Assembly: GCA_964016885.1 (NCBI GenBank)
Contig: OZ024743.1
Span: 19,220,001-19,284,000, forward strand
DNA: 64,000 nt
Source of the DNA: Eledone cirrhosa
Lineage: Eukaryota
Reading direction: 5' to 3'
In this document: positions 1 through 12,081 of the stretch, piece by piece
Layout: each line of letters starts with the position of its first letter
Numbering within the stretch: the first letter of the stretch is position 1
Position numbers and translations under genes: made by a program
The notes under the pieces: model-generated
What the model was told of the DNA's origin: nothing
The model's database searches: none
Seen by the model: the letters and a program-made list of their open reading frames with translations, nothing else

Positions 1-203
1 CTATCTGGTTGTGGAACCAACCAACCAACCAGAAATTTATAAATTTAAAAATTTATTATAAATTTATAATAATAATAAATTGAAGTGAAAGCAACTGGTG
101 CGTGTGTTTCTTATTGGCAACATGACCCTCCCAAAGTATAACAATATCGGTTTCAACACACGATTTCAGATAAAGAATCTTGCTAAACAAATTCAGAAAC
201 GAA
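1..203 (-). repeat. PLE pLTR-derived fragment
   Basis: Similar to 28266-28398 and to the pLTR of PLE-2 (37685-37770; CCCAAGTATAACAATATC.GTTTC.ACACACGATTTCA). Bounded by (TA)n. Confidence 0.65.
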
Positions 204-261
204 ATATATATATATATATATGTGTGTGTATTGGTATATAAATATATATATATATATATAT

Positions 262-3200
262 GTAAATATCTTTAAGTCGTTTGGAAGCCTCGACAATGCA
301 AATGGGTAAATCTCCGGGTAACAAGATCCGGTGGTGGAGAGAGAGATGTAAATGGGTGTACGTTGAGATGCGTGGTGTGTATAAGATGTGTAAATGTGTA
401 GAAGAAAGAAGGGAAGAATATAAAGGATAAAATAAAAATAACAACACAAGAGAGAGTTACCTTGGGAGAGATTTAATAGTCCCTATATATTTCGGATTCA
501 CATCCATAAACTGGGGTTTTTTTCCGGGGTAAAGATTGTCTGTCGGACAGGTGCGAAACGCGTCCTCCGCTGTTTGTTTTTTTGAATATCTGAGGTATTC
601 GGCAGACCGCGCGTGCGCGTGAAATGGGGTCCGTCGGGCAGAGGTCAGCGGCCGAATGAGGGAGTGGGGTGGCGCTAGGTGTCAGTCCATTCTCTGCCTG
701 TTTGTTAAATGTTATTGTGTGTGTGTGTGCGTGTGTTGTTGTCTCGCTTGAGTGTGTGTGTGTGTGCGTGTGTTGTTGCCTTGTTTCTCTGTATTGGCAG
801 TGTAGTATGTTCGTATAGTGGAATGCTACTGTGTGTGTGTGCGTGTGTGTGTGTGGTTGTCTCGTTTGTGTGTGCGTGTGTTGTGTGTTGCTACATCGTT
901 TGTTAACTTAAACCAGCCATCTCATTTCGCTTCTCTCTAATCGGTTGTTTATTTGCGGTTGCAGGCGTTTGATAAAAAGCGCTTCCTTGATACGTAACGT
1001 GCCGACGTTTCTTTCAGTTGCTAGAATTGTGACAATGCGCCTTCCGTCTTTGTTTCCGCATTTGTCTATGTGTTTCCGGAAAGTCGAGGCCCTGATTTTA
1101 GTGTGTTCCTTGATCCGGATGTGCAAAGGTCGGATTATGCTACCTATGTAGTATTGGTTGCACCTGTCACATTCTGTCTTATACACGACGTATGTGCGTA
1201 GGCAACAGTTCGCATGGCGTATCAGGCAGTCTCTGAGGGAGCATGCGTCAGTAGATTTCCCGGGTTTCTTGGAGAGGCATCTTTGCAGGGAGGGGCCCGA
1301 GTGGGCCAGGTGGATGTCGTTGCCCTCCCTCCGTATAGCCTTTCGGATAGCGTTGGTGGTATTCTCGCCCAGGTGTGGCATTTTAAGGAAGCACTTGCCT
1401 TGGGTGCCTCTCTGTCTCTTGTGTTTGGTGTCTCTTATTCTGTCTGTGATCGAGGTAGGGTACCCGTTCGTCTCCAGCACCTTGCGGAATTGCTTGGTAT
1501 GAGTGACACCACTCGCGGGATCGCTGCATCTGTTTTTGATCGGCGCGATCTCGTTCGTGATGTATCCTCTTTTGGCACTGTTAGGGAGGGTGGGCTTGTA
1601 GTGAACGAACAGGTCCCTGCAGGCTGCCTTTCGGCAGAAGTTGTAGTGGATCCTTCCCTGTTCCGTGATGTTGATTCGGATGTCGAGGAGGGCAAGTGAC
1701 CCGTCTTCGTTGGGGTGTTCAACACTGAAGTCAATGTTCTCGTCCGTGTTGTTGAACGTCTCACAGATTCTGTTCGCCGTGTCTTGGGAAGATGTGAGGA
1801 TGAGGATATCGTCCACGTACCTTGAGAAAAAGGCTACGGCGTTGAGTGCCGTACGTTCGAGGTTGTCCATGTAAGAGATCGCTAGCACCCCTGATAGGCT
1901 TGATCCCATGGGCAATCCCGAGGTTTGTTGGTATGTTTTGTCAAGGAATCCGAAGTAGGTGTTGTCGACGACGATGGGTAGGAGTTGGTGGATCTCAGTG
2001 GTGGTGAGCCCGAATCAGTGTAGGTCGGTGGATTGGACGCGTTCCATCAGTATATTGACGGCCGGGAGTGCCGGGACCGAGGTTTAGAGAGCGACTACAT
2101 CAAGGCTGAAGGCATATCTGTTATTCCTTCTGGAGTCGGGATCCATTTGATGCAGGCGCTTCAACACCTCCTCGGGTCTGTTAACGTGTCTCGGCAAGGT
2201 GTCTAAGATGGGTTTGAGTATTCTGGCTAGGAGCCATGAAATTTTGTAGAGTGGTCCCTCCACGCTCGATACGATGGGCCTGATCTTCAGGTCGGGTCCC
2301 TGTTTGTGTGTTTTCACGAGGTGGTAGAAGGCGGGTAGTCTGCTGTTCCTTGTGAGGAGGTTGTATCTCACCTTCTTCGGGAGCTTCCGCCGGTCGCAGA
2401 TGTTGGTCCAGGCGGCGTTGATGTGCTCTTCTATCTGCGCGGGAGTGATTCCCGTGACCTTGGAGTAGAGGTTGTCATCGTCAAGGTGTTGGAGGGCCAG
2501 GGTGTTGTAGGCCTCTCTGGTGATGACGCAGAATTCTTTTCCCTTGTCGGAGGGGATATAGATGAGGTTCTTTGATTTTAGGTTGGAGAGAGTGGTGAGT
2601 TGAGATTTGGTGAGGTTATGTGTTGTGCGTGTGTGTGTGTGTTTGTGAAGTATATCCGAGATGGAGTGTTTTAGCCTGCTGAGTTTAGTGTCGAGTTCGT
2701 GGTTGGTGGGTGGGGGGTGGAGTGGGTTGTCGGAGTGGTAAGTGGGGAACTTGGGGTGGGTTGCGTGGGCGCTGTTATTTTCTGTGGATCTGTTGATGGA
2801 GGTCACCCATTTAAGTTGGTAAGCTGCTCGACAAAAGTTGGCCTCGATGTTGAGTTTGAGTCTGTCGTCGAGACGTTGTGAGACGATGAACTTGGGTCCG
2901 AGGTGTAGGAGTTTCAGCTCGTCGCTCGTGAGAGTGCCGGTTAGGTCGGTGACCAGGTGCGTCGCATCGTTGAGGTATGGCTCGGTGTTGGTGGATGCGG
3001 CGGTGGCGGTTGTTAAGTTGTTGTTTCCCACGTGGTTCTGGTCCGTCTGTACGTTAGTGTCGATGTTCCCGTTGTGGCGTTTCGACAAGATCCACTCATA
3101 TTTTCGCTTGAGCCGTTTTTACTGGTATTGGACTCTGGAGTGGTAGCACTGGTCGATTGCTTTAGTGATTTTCAGGAGCAAGTCCCCGGGTGCTATTGGC

Positions 3201-4436
3201 ATTCGATGTGTCCGCTCTCAGAGTGTCCGCTTATGGACGTGTATTTGGCGGTCGAGATGTCTCAGGATCTCTTTAATACACGTGCGATGTATGCGGTTAG
3301 TGGTGTTTTGGAAAGCTGGTGTACGTAGGCTTACTGGTAAGCGGATGTTCCTGATGGTGTTGGGGATGACATCGTTTTGTAGGCAGCGTTTCAGGAAAAT
3401 AATTTGACAGCCAGCATTGGCCCATTTCTCCGACAGTCTAAACAGTTCCATTACGGATGCAAATAATTCCTGGCTCAGGTGTAAGGATAAGAGAGTATTG
3501 AAGTCTGCTTGATGCATTGTGGAATAATAAGTAAATATCTTTAAGTCGTTTGGAAGCCTCGACAATGCAAATGGGTTAATCTCCGGGTAACAAGATCCGC
3601 TGGTGGAGAGAGATGTAACTGTGTGTACGTTGAGGTGCGTGGTGTGTATAAGATGTGTAAATGTGTAGAAGAAAGAAGGGAGAGATTTAATAGTCCCTAT
3701 ATATATAAACGCTGCCTAAAAAACGATGTCATCCCCACCACCATCAGGAACATCCGCTTACCAGTAAGCCTACGTACACCAGCTTTCCAAAACACCACTA
3801 ACCGCATACATCGCACGTGTATTAAAGAGATCCTGAGACATCTCAACCGCCAAATACACGTCCATAAGCGGACACTCTGAGAGCGGACACATCGACTGCC
3901 AATAGCACCCGGGGACTTGCTCCTGAAAATCACTAAAGCAATCGACCAGTGCTACCACTCCAGAGTCCAATACCAGAAAAAACGGCTCAAGCGAAAATAT
4001 GAGTGGATCTTGTCGAAACGCCACAACGGGAACATCGTGGGAAACAACAACTTAACAACCGCCACCGCCGCATCCACCAACACCGAGCCATACCTCAACG
4101 ATGCGACGCACCTGGTCACCGACCTAACCGGCACTCTCACGAGCGACGAGCTGAAACTCCTACACCTCGGACCCAAGTTCATCGTCTCACAACGTCTCGA
4201 CGACAGACTCAAACTCAACATCGAGGCCAACTTTTGTCGAGCCGCTTACCAACTTAAATGGGTGACCTCCATCAACAGCGCCACAGAAAATAACAGCGCC
4301 CACGCAACACACCCCAAGTTCCCCACTTACCACCCCGACAACCCACTCCACCCCCAACCCACCAACCACGAACTCGACACTAAACTCATCAGGCTAAAAC
4401 ACTCCATCTCGGATATACTTCACAAACACACACCCA
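262..4436 (-). mobile_element. Penelope-like retroelement (PLE-1): direct-repeat pLTRs, near full-length ORF, 5' inverted duplication
   Basis: Direct repeats 262-488 and 3531-3702 flank an RT+GIY-YIG ORF. 3707-4436 is an inverted copy of about 2636-3391. The 3' end abuts (TA)n. Confidence 0.93.
908..3517 (-). pseudogene. PLE reverse transcriptase + C-terminal GIY-YIG endonuclease (about 869 codons, one frame, 4 in-frame stops)
   Basis: ORFs 3218..3565, 2084..3088 and 908..1915 share a frame. Stops at 3218 (TGA), 3119 (TAA), 2084 (TAA), 2015 (TGA). Motifs: PSDKG, KIRPIVS, FSLDVVAL, GLPMGSSLS, RYVDD, VVYKTECDRCNQYYIG...RIKEH...KEALFI. Confidence 0.93.
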
Positions 4437-5304
4437 ATTTGCATATCGAGTGGGTTAATCGGCCGGGTGCACCGAAAACGATAAACGGAAAAAATGAAAC
4501 GATATGCAAATTGGGCTACTCAGCCGTTAATATGCATAAGGTAAGTATATACGTTCAACAATCTGGCAGGAAGTTATACGTTGCTGACGATAGCTAATGA
4601 GCTTGAAACTAGTACAGCGTTCCTTTGTCAATGTTGAACAAACGAGCAACGATGGTTGCTGGACACTACGGCTTAATACGGGATGTTTGTTTACAAACAC
4701 ACCGAGCATTATAATAAATGTTCGGTGAATCCATACGTATATATATATATGTGTGCATGTATGTATATATATATACATACTACTGTACGTCTGTATACAT
4801 ATATGTATGTACGTGTACATACTTATATTTAAGTAACACCCGTACTAAGTGTGGGAAATGAAATTTCTTTTCATTTTTTTCCGTTTATTGTTTTCGGTGC
4901 ACCCGGCCGATTAACCCACTCGATATGCAAATTGGGCCACTCAGCCGTTAATATGCATAAGGTAAGTATATACGTTCAACATTCTGGCAGGTAGGTATAC
5001 GTTGCTGACGTTAGCTAATAAGCTTGAAACTAGTACAGCGTTCCTTTGTCAGTGTTGAACAAACGAGCAACGATGGTTGCTGGACACTACGGCTTAATAC
5101 GGGATGTTTGTTTACAAACACACCGAGCATTATAATAAATGTTCGGTGAATCCATACGTATATATATATATATGTGTGCATGTATGTATATATATATACA
5201 TACTACTGTACGTCTGTATACATATATGTATGTACATGTACATACTTATATTTAAGTAACAGCCATACTAAGAGTGGGAAATGAAATTACGTTTCATTTT
5301 TTCC

Positions 5305-5306
<2 letters not shown>
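4437..5306 (+). mobile_element. Non-coding 421-bp tandem dimer with 5' inverted arm and hammerhead ribozyme (pLTR/retrozyme-like)
   Basis: Units start at about 4501 and 4922. 4437-4499 is the reverse complement of about 4870-4933. Ends in (TA)n. Confidence 0.85.
4578..4620 (+). ncRNA. Minimal type I hammerhead ribozyme
   Basis: acgttg CTGACGA tagc-taatga-gctt GAAA ctag TA cagcgt: 6-bp stem I and palindromic stem III ACTAGT. The second copy (4999-5041) has CTGACGT. Confidence 0.85.
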
Positions 5307-5356
<50 letters not shown>

Positions 5357-6899
5357 ACCGATATGTGTACATATAATGCCTATACAACATTTAATGCTAT
5401 ATCAAATAGTTATGTCAGTTATAATTGCATAATTCTAAAATAGATTATTGATTTCTTACAGCATTGCATCTGTTTTAATTTGAAACGCATTCTCCGATTT
5501 GCTTTCATTTTTAATAAATATTCACGTAGAAGACTAAAAATAACATATTGCGTGATATCTTTTACTATAATGATTATTATCTTTGAAAAATGTTTTAAGC
5601 TCAGTGTGAAGTATTATCTCTAGTAATGATATCACTACAACAGTAAACAAAGCAACAATAATAATCTTGCCAATAATGGCGCCTGAACATGGATAGTGTT
5701 ATTCCAGAAAATTATTTCTAGAAAGATGAATTGTTTACAATTGAAACATCTAAGAACGATTAATTTGCAACTGGAGAACCTACATAAATTATAACTGCAT
5801 CAAAAATACAAATCTGAGTATAGGCCCAGTCATATGTCAAATATAGTGTCAGAAAACGTAACAACTAACAGTGAGAGCATGATGTTAGATACAGACATAT
5901 GTATAAGAGAATCCGTCCACATTCAAAAATACAAATACTTATGACCAGAGATATCCGATAGGAAGCAAAGAGGAACGAGTATACCGTAGTGGAATTAGAC
6001 TAATATTAAAAGTGTATTCCTTGGCGGAAATAGAGGATTAGGTTTCAAAACCCTAGTAAAAACTACAAACATCAACATAATATATGGGAAGTTGCAATTA
6101 TTAGTGAAGCCACCATCTGAAATATAGCATGAACGTTTATAACCTCCCGGCATACAGAGATGTCAGAGCATGGTATCTATAAATAATTATTAAAGCAGGA
6201 GAATCACAAAATTGTATAGTTGCAAAACATGCGGGAAGTGTTGAGTAATAAAGGAAGATTTCAAAAAGCAAATATTTTTTTATATAAGGAAACAATGAAA
6301 ACAAATCAAGCTCAAACGATGAAAATAATTAGGATAAAATACAAAAATACACAAAACCAGCTGTCAACTTCAAAACGGGACTTCAAAAGAAAATACTGCT
6401 GAATAAACTTAAAAACACAAAGGTACCCTGGACTATAATTATCAAAAGTCGTCATATAGTTAGTAAACCAGATAGAGATCGGAAAATTACTAAAAATTGC
6501 GATGTTAGAGGTTTTTATTTATCTTGTGTTGACGGTTTTGTTATTTTTTACTTTTTGCGGTTGTTCCTCGCCTTCGGTGTCTGTTTCAGATGTTTGTGTG
6601 TTTGTGTTTCCCCATATAGTAGCTCATTTGTAATTATAGTTAAACGGCTAAAAGGATATCGGACAATAAAACCGAACACATATATACATACAGCGAACAT
6701 GAACAAAGGCATTAAAATAGTGTGAACAACCAAAGGAAATGTATCGTAAAAAATCACGAATATCGCCCGGAAGGATATACCTAGCGAATGGAAATAAAAC
6801 ATATATGACACAATAAAATGGATCCTAGCATAACAATATCTAATAAAATTCGGAAAATAAAAAAAAATAAAAAATGAATGATGATACGATAAACAGCTA

Positions 6900-8330
6900 G
6901 ACCAAGAATCATTGAAGAAGGCAAAATCCTAAAAATAGCATAACAACTACACAATATCGTAAAAGAATTTAAATCGGTAGAGCTTCCTGCCGATGGCCAC
7001 AACAAAAAAGCAACACGCAGACGTAAAACTAAAAAGACATTAACAATAAATAATCCAACTTATGCTAGATATAATGAAAACAGCTACTAACATCAACATG
7101 ACTAGGATAAAACAACCTAAAACAGTTACAATTGAATCTATATCGCTTCACCCCTGTGAGAATTTTAAAGAACGCGAAACACTTAGGAAAAAGATAGAAA
7201 ATAAAGTACTAATGATTGAGAAGCAATATCAAAGGGAGAAATTATAAATAAAGGAGTAGACTCAAATAGTAAAGCTAAGCAACATAAAAGTAATGGCGTC
7301 TAAAATCAAACATTCCTGAAAGAATACATCTTAAGTGAATTATTGACAACGGCCAGAAATCTGTAAACAAAATATTTATTTCGACTGCAACGAAAATAAA
7401 TGTTATCAAGACCTTGTGAAATATGGAACAAAATATATCAATATAGAGAGACAAAAGCAAGATATCTAGAATTCTTCTCGGGAGTAATATGGATAATGTA
7501 CGAAATTAACATGGACTAGACTTTCAAATCAACAAATTAAAAAAACGGAACAATCACATAAAGCAACATTATTTCAAGAAGTAGCCAGACACTTGGAAGG
7601 TTAATGAATGATCGGCACGCGGTAATGATAAAGACACAATGTTATTCTTGAAATATTTAACAAAACGTTTTATGATGTACTGAACGAATCCAGAAACAAC
7701 AGCCGAATGTCTCATCAAATAGAAAACCATCTAACTTCCCAAAAGTAAAGTGAGAACTAATCCACAAATCTATAGATTTAATCGATCCTATATTCTGAAG
7801 TAATACTGTAGAAGATAAATCATCAGTTCGAAAAAAAGTGACATCTGGAAGAATAGGAAGGATGCTTCAAAGGCTATGTATATTTGCATCGATAAATTAT
7901 TGCTCAACAGAAAACTGTAGAAAGAGAAAAAATAATCTGTGCAGAGAATGAATTAACTCATAGAACGCTAATGGCAACGTTCTCGCCCGAAGAATCTGGT
8001 AATATCAACCATGAGTACGTTCGCACCAATCATAAACCGATACATCAAACATGTCATAAATAAAAGTGAAACAATACTGCGGATACAAAAAAAAGAGAAA
8101 AATATTAATAGAAAACACGAGCCCTGATAGGACTTGAATATTTCAAAGAACTCCCGTTCGTCATTCCATTTTCCGTGTGATCTTAAAGCATTTAACAAAC
8201 ATGCTAAACCAAACTGAATACTCGCAAATAATATGGAAGACAATAAACAATATTTTCTATTGAGATGATGTCAAGCTGTACACTACTGTTGATAAAGAGT
8301 TGGAAAACATATTATATACACTACAGGTAG
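6900..8330 (+). pseudogene. Highly degenerate R4/Dong-like (RLE clade) non-LTR RT remnant
   Basis: Manual translation gives CIDKLLLNRKL..KNNL near 7885-7950 and FY*DDVKLYT near 8255-8285, resembling GCxDQLL..KNL and FMDDLKLY. Left boundary is uncertain. Confidence 0.5.
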
Positions 8331-9249
8331 TCGATAAAATGTGGTATATTATTTCAAAATATAAAAGTAACTGGTATAATCTGACATTTTCATTAATGAA
8401 ATTGTTAATTTCGAATTGATTATAACCAGTGGTGAGTCTCAGTTGAATTCTCATTAATGTTCTTGATCTCTTGTTGCATTCAACTTCTGTTGTTACTCCA
8501 GGTTGATGGCATCCAATTAGAGATAATATTGACCATCTAAAATCATGTCTATAGTACATATCACAAATGATGAAGTATAAGCCATCTTTACATTTCATTT
8601 TAAATTTAGCATATTTTAAAAAGTCATTAACATGCATATTCGATTAATTGTCGCATATCAGAAAGAGGCTGATGAGATATCTGGAAATTCATTTAATTCG
8701 TAAAGTAGAAACGGCTTTCCCATAGCTCATACATACAGACACATTTAAATACATTCCCATTTATTATTTTTTTCTGAACTTCATGTATTAGAAAACAATA
8801 TATTTCTATAGAAAGTATAAATTGTTCATGAATTATCCTATTAAAATAGTGAATGTAATAACATCAATGAATTTCGCTTTAAAGAGAACTGCATTTATGC
8901 AGTCATTCCTGTGTGTCCAAAACAATGGTGTACGACGCATATTGACTTTCAGTAATACGCACTCACACACACGCACGGGCATACATACAAACACACACAC
9001 ATACACGCACACACACAAACATGTATATATATATATAATTATATATACATAGAAAGAAACATATATATATATAAAATATGAGTCTCGCTATCAAAGAGAA
9101 TTATTTCCATCGTTATGAAAATATTCTATTTCCTTTATTCTCACTAGCCGTAGAGAATCAGACAGCTTTTTCCTTCATAGTAAAGTTATCATATGTTTAT
9201 TGTATTATATGCATTCATATACACCCATGTTATGTTTAAAGCTACCTGG

Positions 9250-9295
<46 letters not shown>

Positions 9296-9298
<3 letters not shown>

Positions 9299-10450
9299 TA
9301 AATGATATTAACTAAATGGAAACTATATTTATAACACCATATTTATTCTATTATATATATTTCAAGGGTACCAAAACTTCCGTCGCTTTCATCAGATAAA
9401 ATACAAAGTTTGTTTTATAAATGTTGACATAACCAAGAAAAGATACCGTAGCGGTTCAAGCTTTTCTTGGATAGTGAAGGGAAAAGAGAAGAAAAGTCAG
9501 ATATTTCAAATTATTAGGATGAGTATGCAAATGAGGTTAGGTATAGGGCTGAAAAAAACCCATTATTTTAGACGCTATGCAGAATTTAAATAATTAGGAT
9601 ATATGTATGTATGAGTAGGAAGAAGAAGAAAAGAAAGAAGAGCTTGTATTTACGTTAATTTAAAAGGAATTAACAATTTGCGGGAATGGTGGAATATGAT
9701 TCCAGAATTTAAATTTATTTAGTTATATTATGAGTTATAATATTGCATATTAGATTATATGAAGAATTGTGGTTGTAGGTAGATTTTATCTTATTACATT
9801 ATAATAGGTTGTAAGTATATAAATATCTATATAGATTAATAATTGTGCACGTATAAGTATTATAGAAATAATTTACAATTATTAGTTGTTTACATTTCTA
9901 ATATGAGTTACGAAGGATGTTGATTTTGCATCTTACATAAAAAACATAAAAAAACACGTAGTTTAAGTTATAAGGGGAGAGCAATTTGTGGATTCAAATA
10001 TTTTGTTCCAACATTGAAAATGTTTTCAGAATATTGTTAATTTAGCGCAGTTATATAGTTTATCTTACATATTATATTATCATATAATGTTTATGTTTGC
10101 ACGATTGAAAAGGAAAAGAAAACTCCGATCTTGTTTGTTAACCGTTAAATTTGATGAATGATTTACTTAGAAAATATATAGAGAAAATTATATATTATTT
10201 TGTGTTAGATTAATTTCAATTATATATTTTAGTCGAAAGAAGTGTGAAATTTTGAAGATTAAAAGAGGAAAAAAGTAATGTGCATTTCGAAGAACTATCG
10301 TAAAGAGGATAAACTTTCAGAATGTCAATTAAAGATTATCAATTAAAGATTAATTAAAGATTAATTAAGGATTATCAATTTATTTAATATCATTGAATAT
10401 TATACACCAAAAACTGTCGAGTGCTCTGAATCAGTTATAAACATTTATAT
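9296..10450 (-). mobile_element. Degenerate PLE 3' end with pLTR and hammerhead
   Basis: Minus-strand EQNI*IHKLLSPYNLN near 9960-10010 resembles a PLE endonuclease C-terminus. HHR at 9344-9403. Homologous to 56430-56710. Confidence 0.55.
9344..9403 (-). ncRNA. Type I hammerhead ribozyme, TATATA stem III family
   Basis: Reverse complement: tattttat CTGATGA aag...ctt GAAA tatata TA atagaata. Confidence 0.75.
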
Positions 10451-10489
10451 TTGTTGAATTACAAACAAATTAAATACCCCTTTTGCTTA

Positions 10490-11981
10490 TATATATATAT
10501 ATTTATAAATATAAACCGGAAGATGTCTGTCTGTGTGTGTGTGTGTATGATATTTATGCATTTCTACATTTCTCTACCGATTTTGATGAATTTCTTTCCA
10601 ATGTTCTCCAAATTTAGCAACGATGGTCGACGCGTAATAAACTTTGCCAAACATTTCCTGCTTCTATGAGAAATCGACAAAACTAAATACATGCTGTAAC
10701 CCTCTCTCTTACACGCTTATTCACTCTCTCTACTACCCAACAGCGACAAAACCTCGTTCAGGAACGCGACATAAACTTTGAAAACTAAGCAACACATCAT
10801 TTTATACATCAAACATAGCCATAACGCTCTCTCCGTCCCTCTACCCTCTCTCTATAATATATCGTTCCCCCTCTCTATAATTTAACTGCTTTACTCTCTT
10901 CATGCTTTGAAGTTTAACACACCTCCCTACAGTTTCTTAGCTTTACTCTCTCCGTCGCACATCCCTCTCTCTATAATATATTATTCCCCCTCTCTATAAT
11001 TTAACTGCTTTACTCTCTCTGTCTCTCTTCACTCTCTATATGGCAACACTGTTTTACACACCACGCTATAGTTTCTTAGCTTTACTCTCTCCATCGCTCT
11101 TCCCTCTCGCTATAATTTAACTGCTGGGGGAGTCATTGGAGTTCCGTATTGACATACGTTTTTTCTGGAGTATTTTAAATCGGCTTATTGCAAATAACAA
11201 CCCGCAAAATAACACTTCATATAACAGATTAATTGTTTCTACTTTAGGCACAAGGCCAGCAATTACCCAGTGCATTACTGGTACAGATTAATGCTATAGA
11301 CATATGAATCGGAATGTTTAAATTATTTATTTTTTACGACTTTCATTGGTTAAATATTAATATGACAATACCCATAGTGTTGTACTTCAGACAATTCTGC
11401 CGAATACACTGCCAAGGATGAACTTTTTCCCCTCGGCGTCAGATATCCCGTTCGATTTCCGGCGATCCCAATTCCCGGTGAGACCATGTTTTGCCATGTC
11501 CATTAACAAGTCACAAGGGCAAACATTGTCGGTGGCGGCCATCCATTTAAGGTAGCTATGCTTCTCCCATAGCAAACTTTATGTTGCCTGTTGCCGCGTA
11601 GGGAGCAGGAATGGACTTTTTGCTTACACTCCTCAAGGTATGACACGCAATATCGTCTACAAAGGGGTGCTATAGATGTTGGTGCAGGTGTTGGAGCTAT
11701 GCCGTCTGGAAAACTGGTAGAGTCACCCATAGCGGACAGATCTGACACCCAGCGGCCTCAGGGCCATCATCTTGCAACTTTGGTCTGCTAAATTCGCTAT
11801 TGGAAGATTATTAATCCATCATTGATTGTCCAAAATGCTAATTGATTCGTAAATTGTAATAACCGGTTCAACTGCTTTATGCACTTAATTGATAAGCTTA
11901 TTCGCTTTCAAGCCACGTTTACCTGTATGTAACTTTTCATAGCAAATGAACAAACCCGAGCAACGCCGGACTAAACTGCTA

Positions 11982-11982
<1 letters not shown>
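10490..11982 (+). mobile_element. Non-autonomous Helitron with Pif1 helicase C-terminal remnant
   Basis: 3' hairpin CCCGAGCAACGCCGG followed by CTAG (11979-11982) then T. Helicase remnant inside. The 5' end is approximate. Confidence 0.88.
11409..11675 (+). pseudogene. Helitron Pif1-like helicase C-terminus
   Basis: Manual translation LPRMNFFPSASDIPFDFRRSQFPVRPCFAMSINKSQGQTLSVAAIHLR*LCFSHSKLYVACCRVG...TRNIVYKGVL* matches the Helitron QFPV..FAMTINKSQGQ / FSHGQLYVA motifs. Confidence 0.92.
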
Positions 11983-12021
<39 letters not shown>

Positions 12022-12044
12022 TAAAATAACAGATTTTCCCCTTC

Positions 12045-12074
<30 letters not shown>

Positions 12075-12081
<7 letters not shown>

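Noticed and set aside
945-1874. Plus-strand ORFs overlapping PLE-1
   Set aside because: Antisense shadows of the GC-richer RT coding sequence.
2015-3220. In-frame TGA codons as selenocysteine (Naiad-type PLE); also TGA 36512
   Set aside because: TAA stops also interrupt PLE-1, the endonuclease is C-terminal (Naiad has it N-terminal), no SECIS was recognised, and 36512 is best explained as GGA to TGA.
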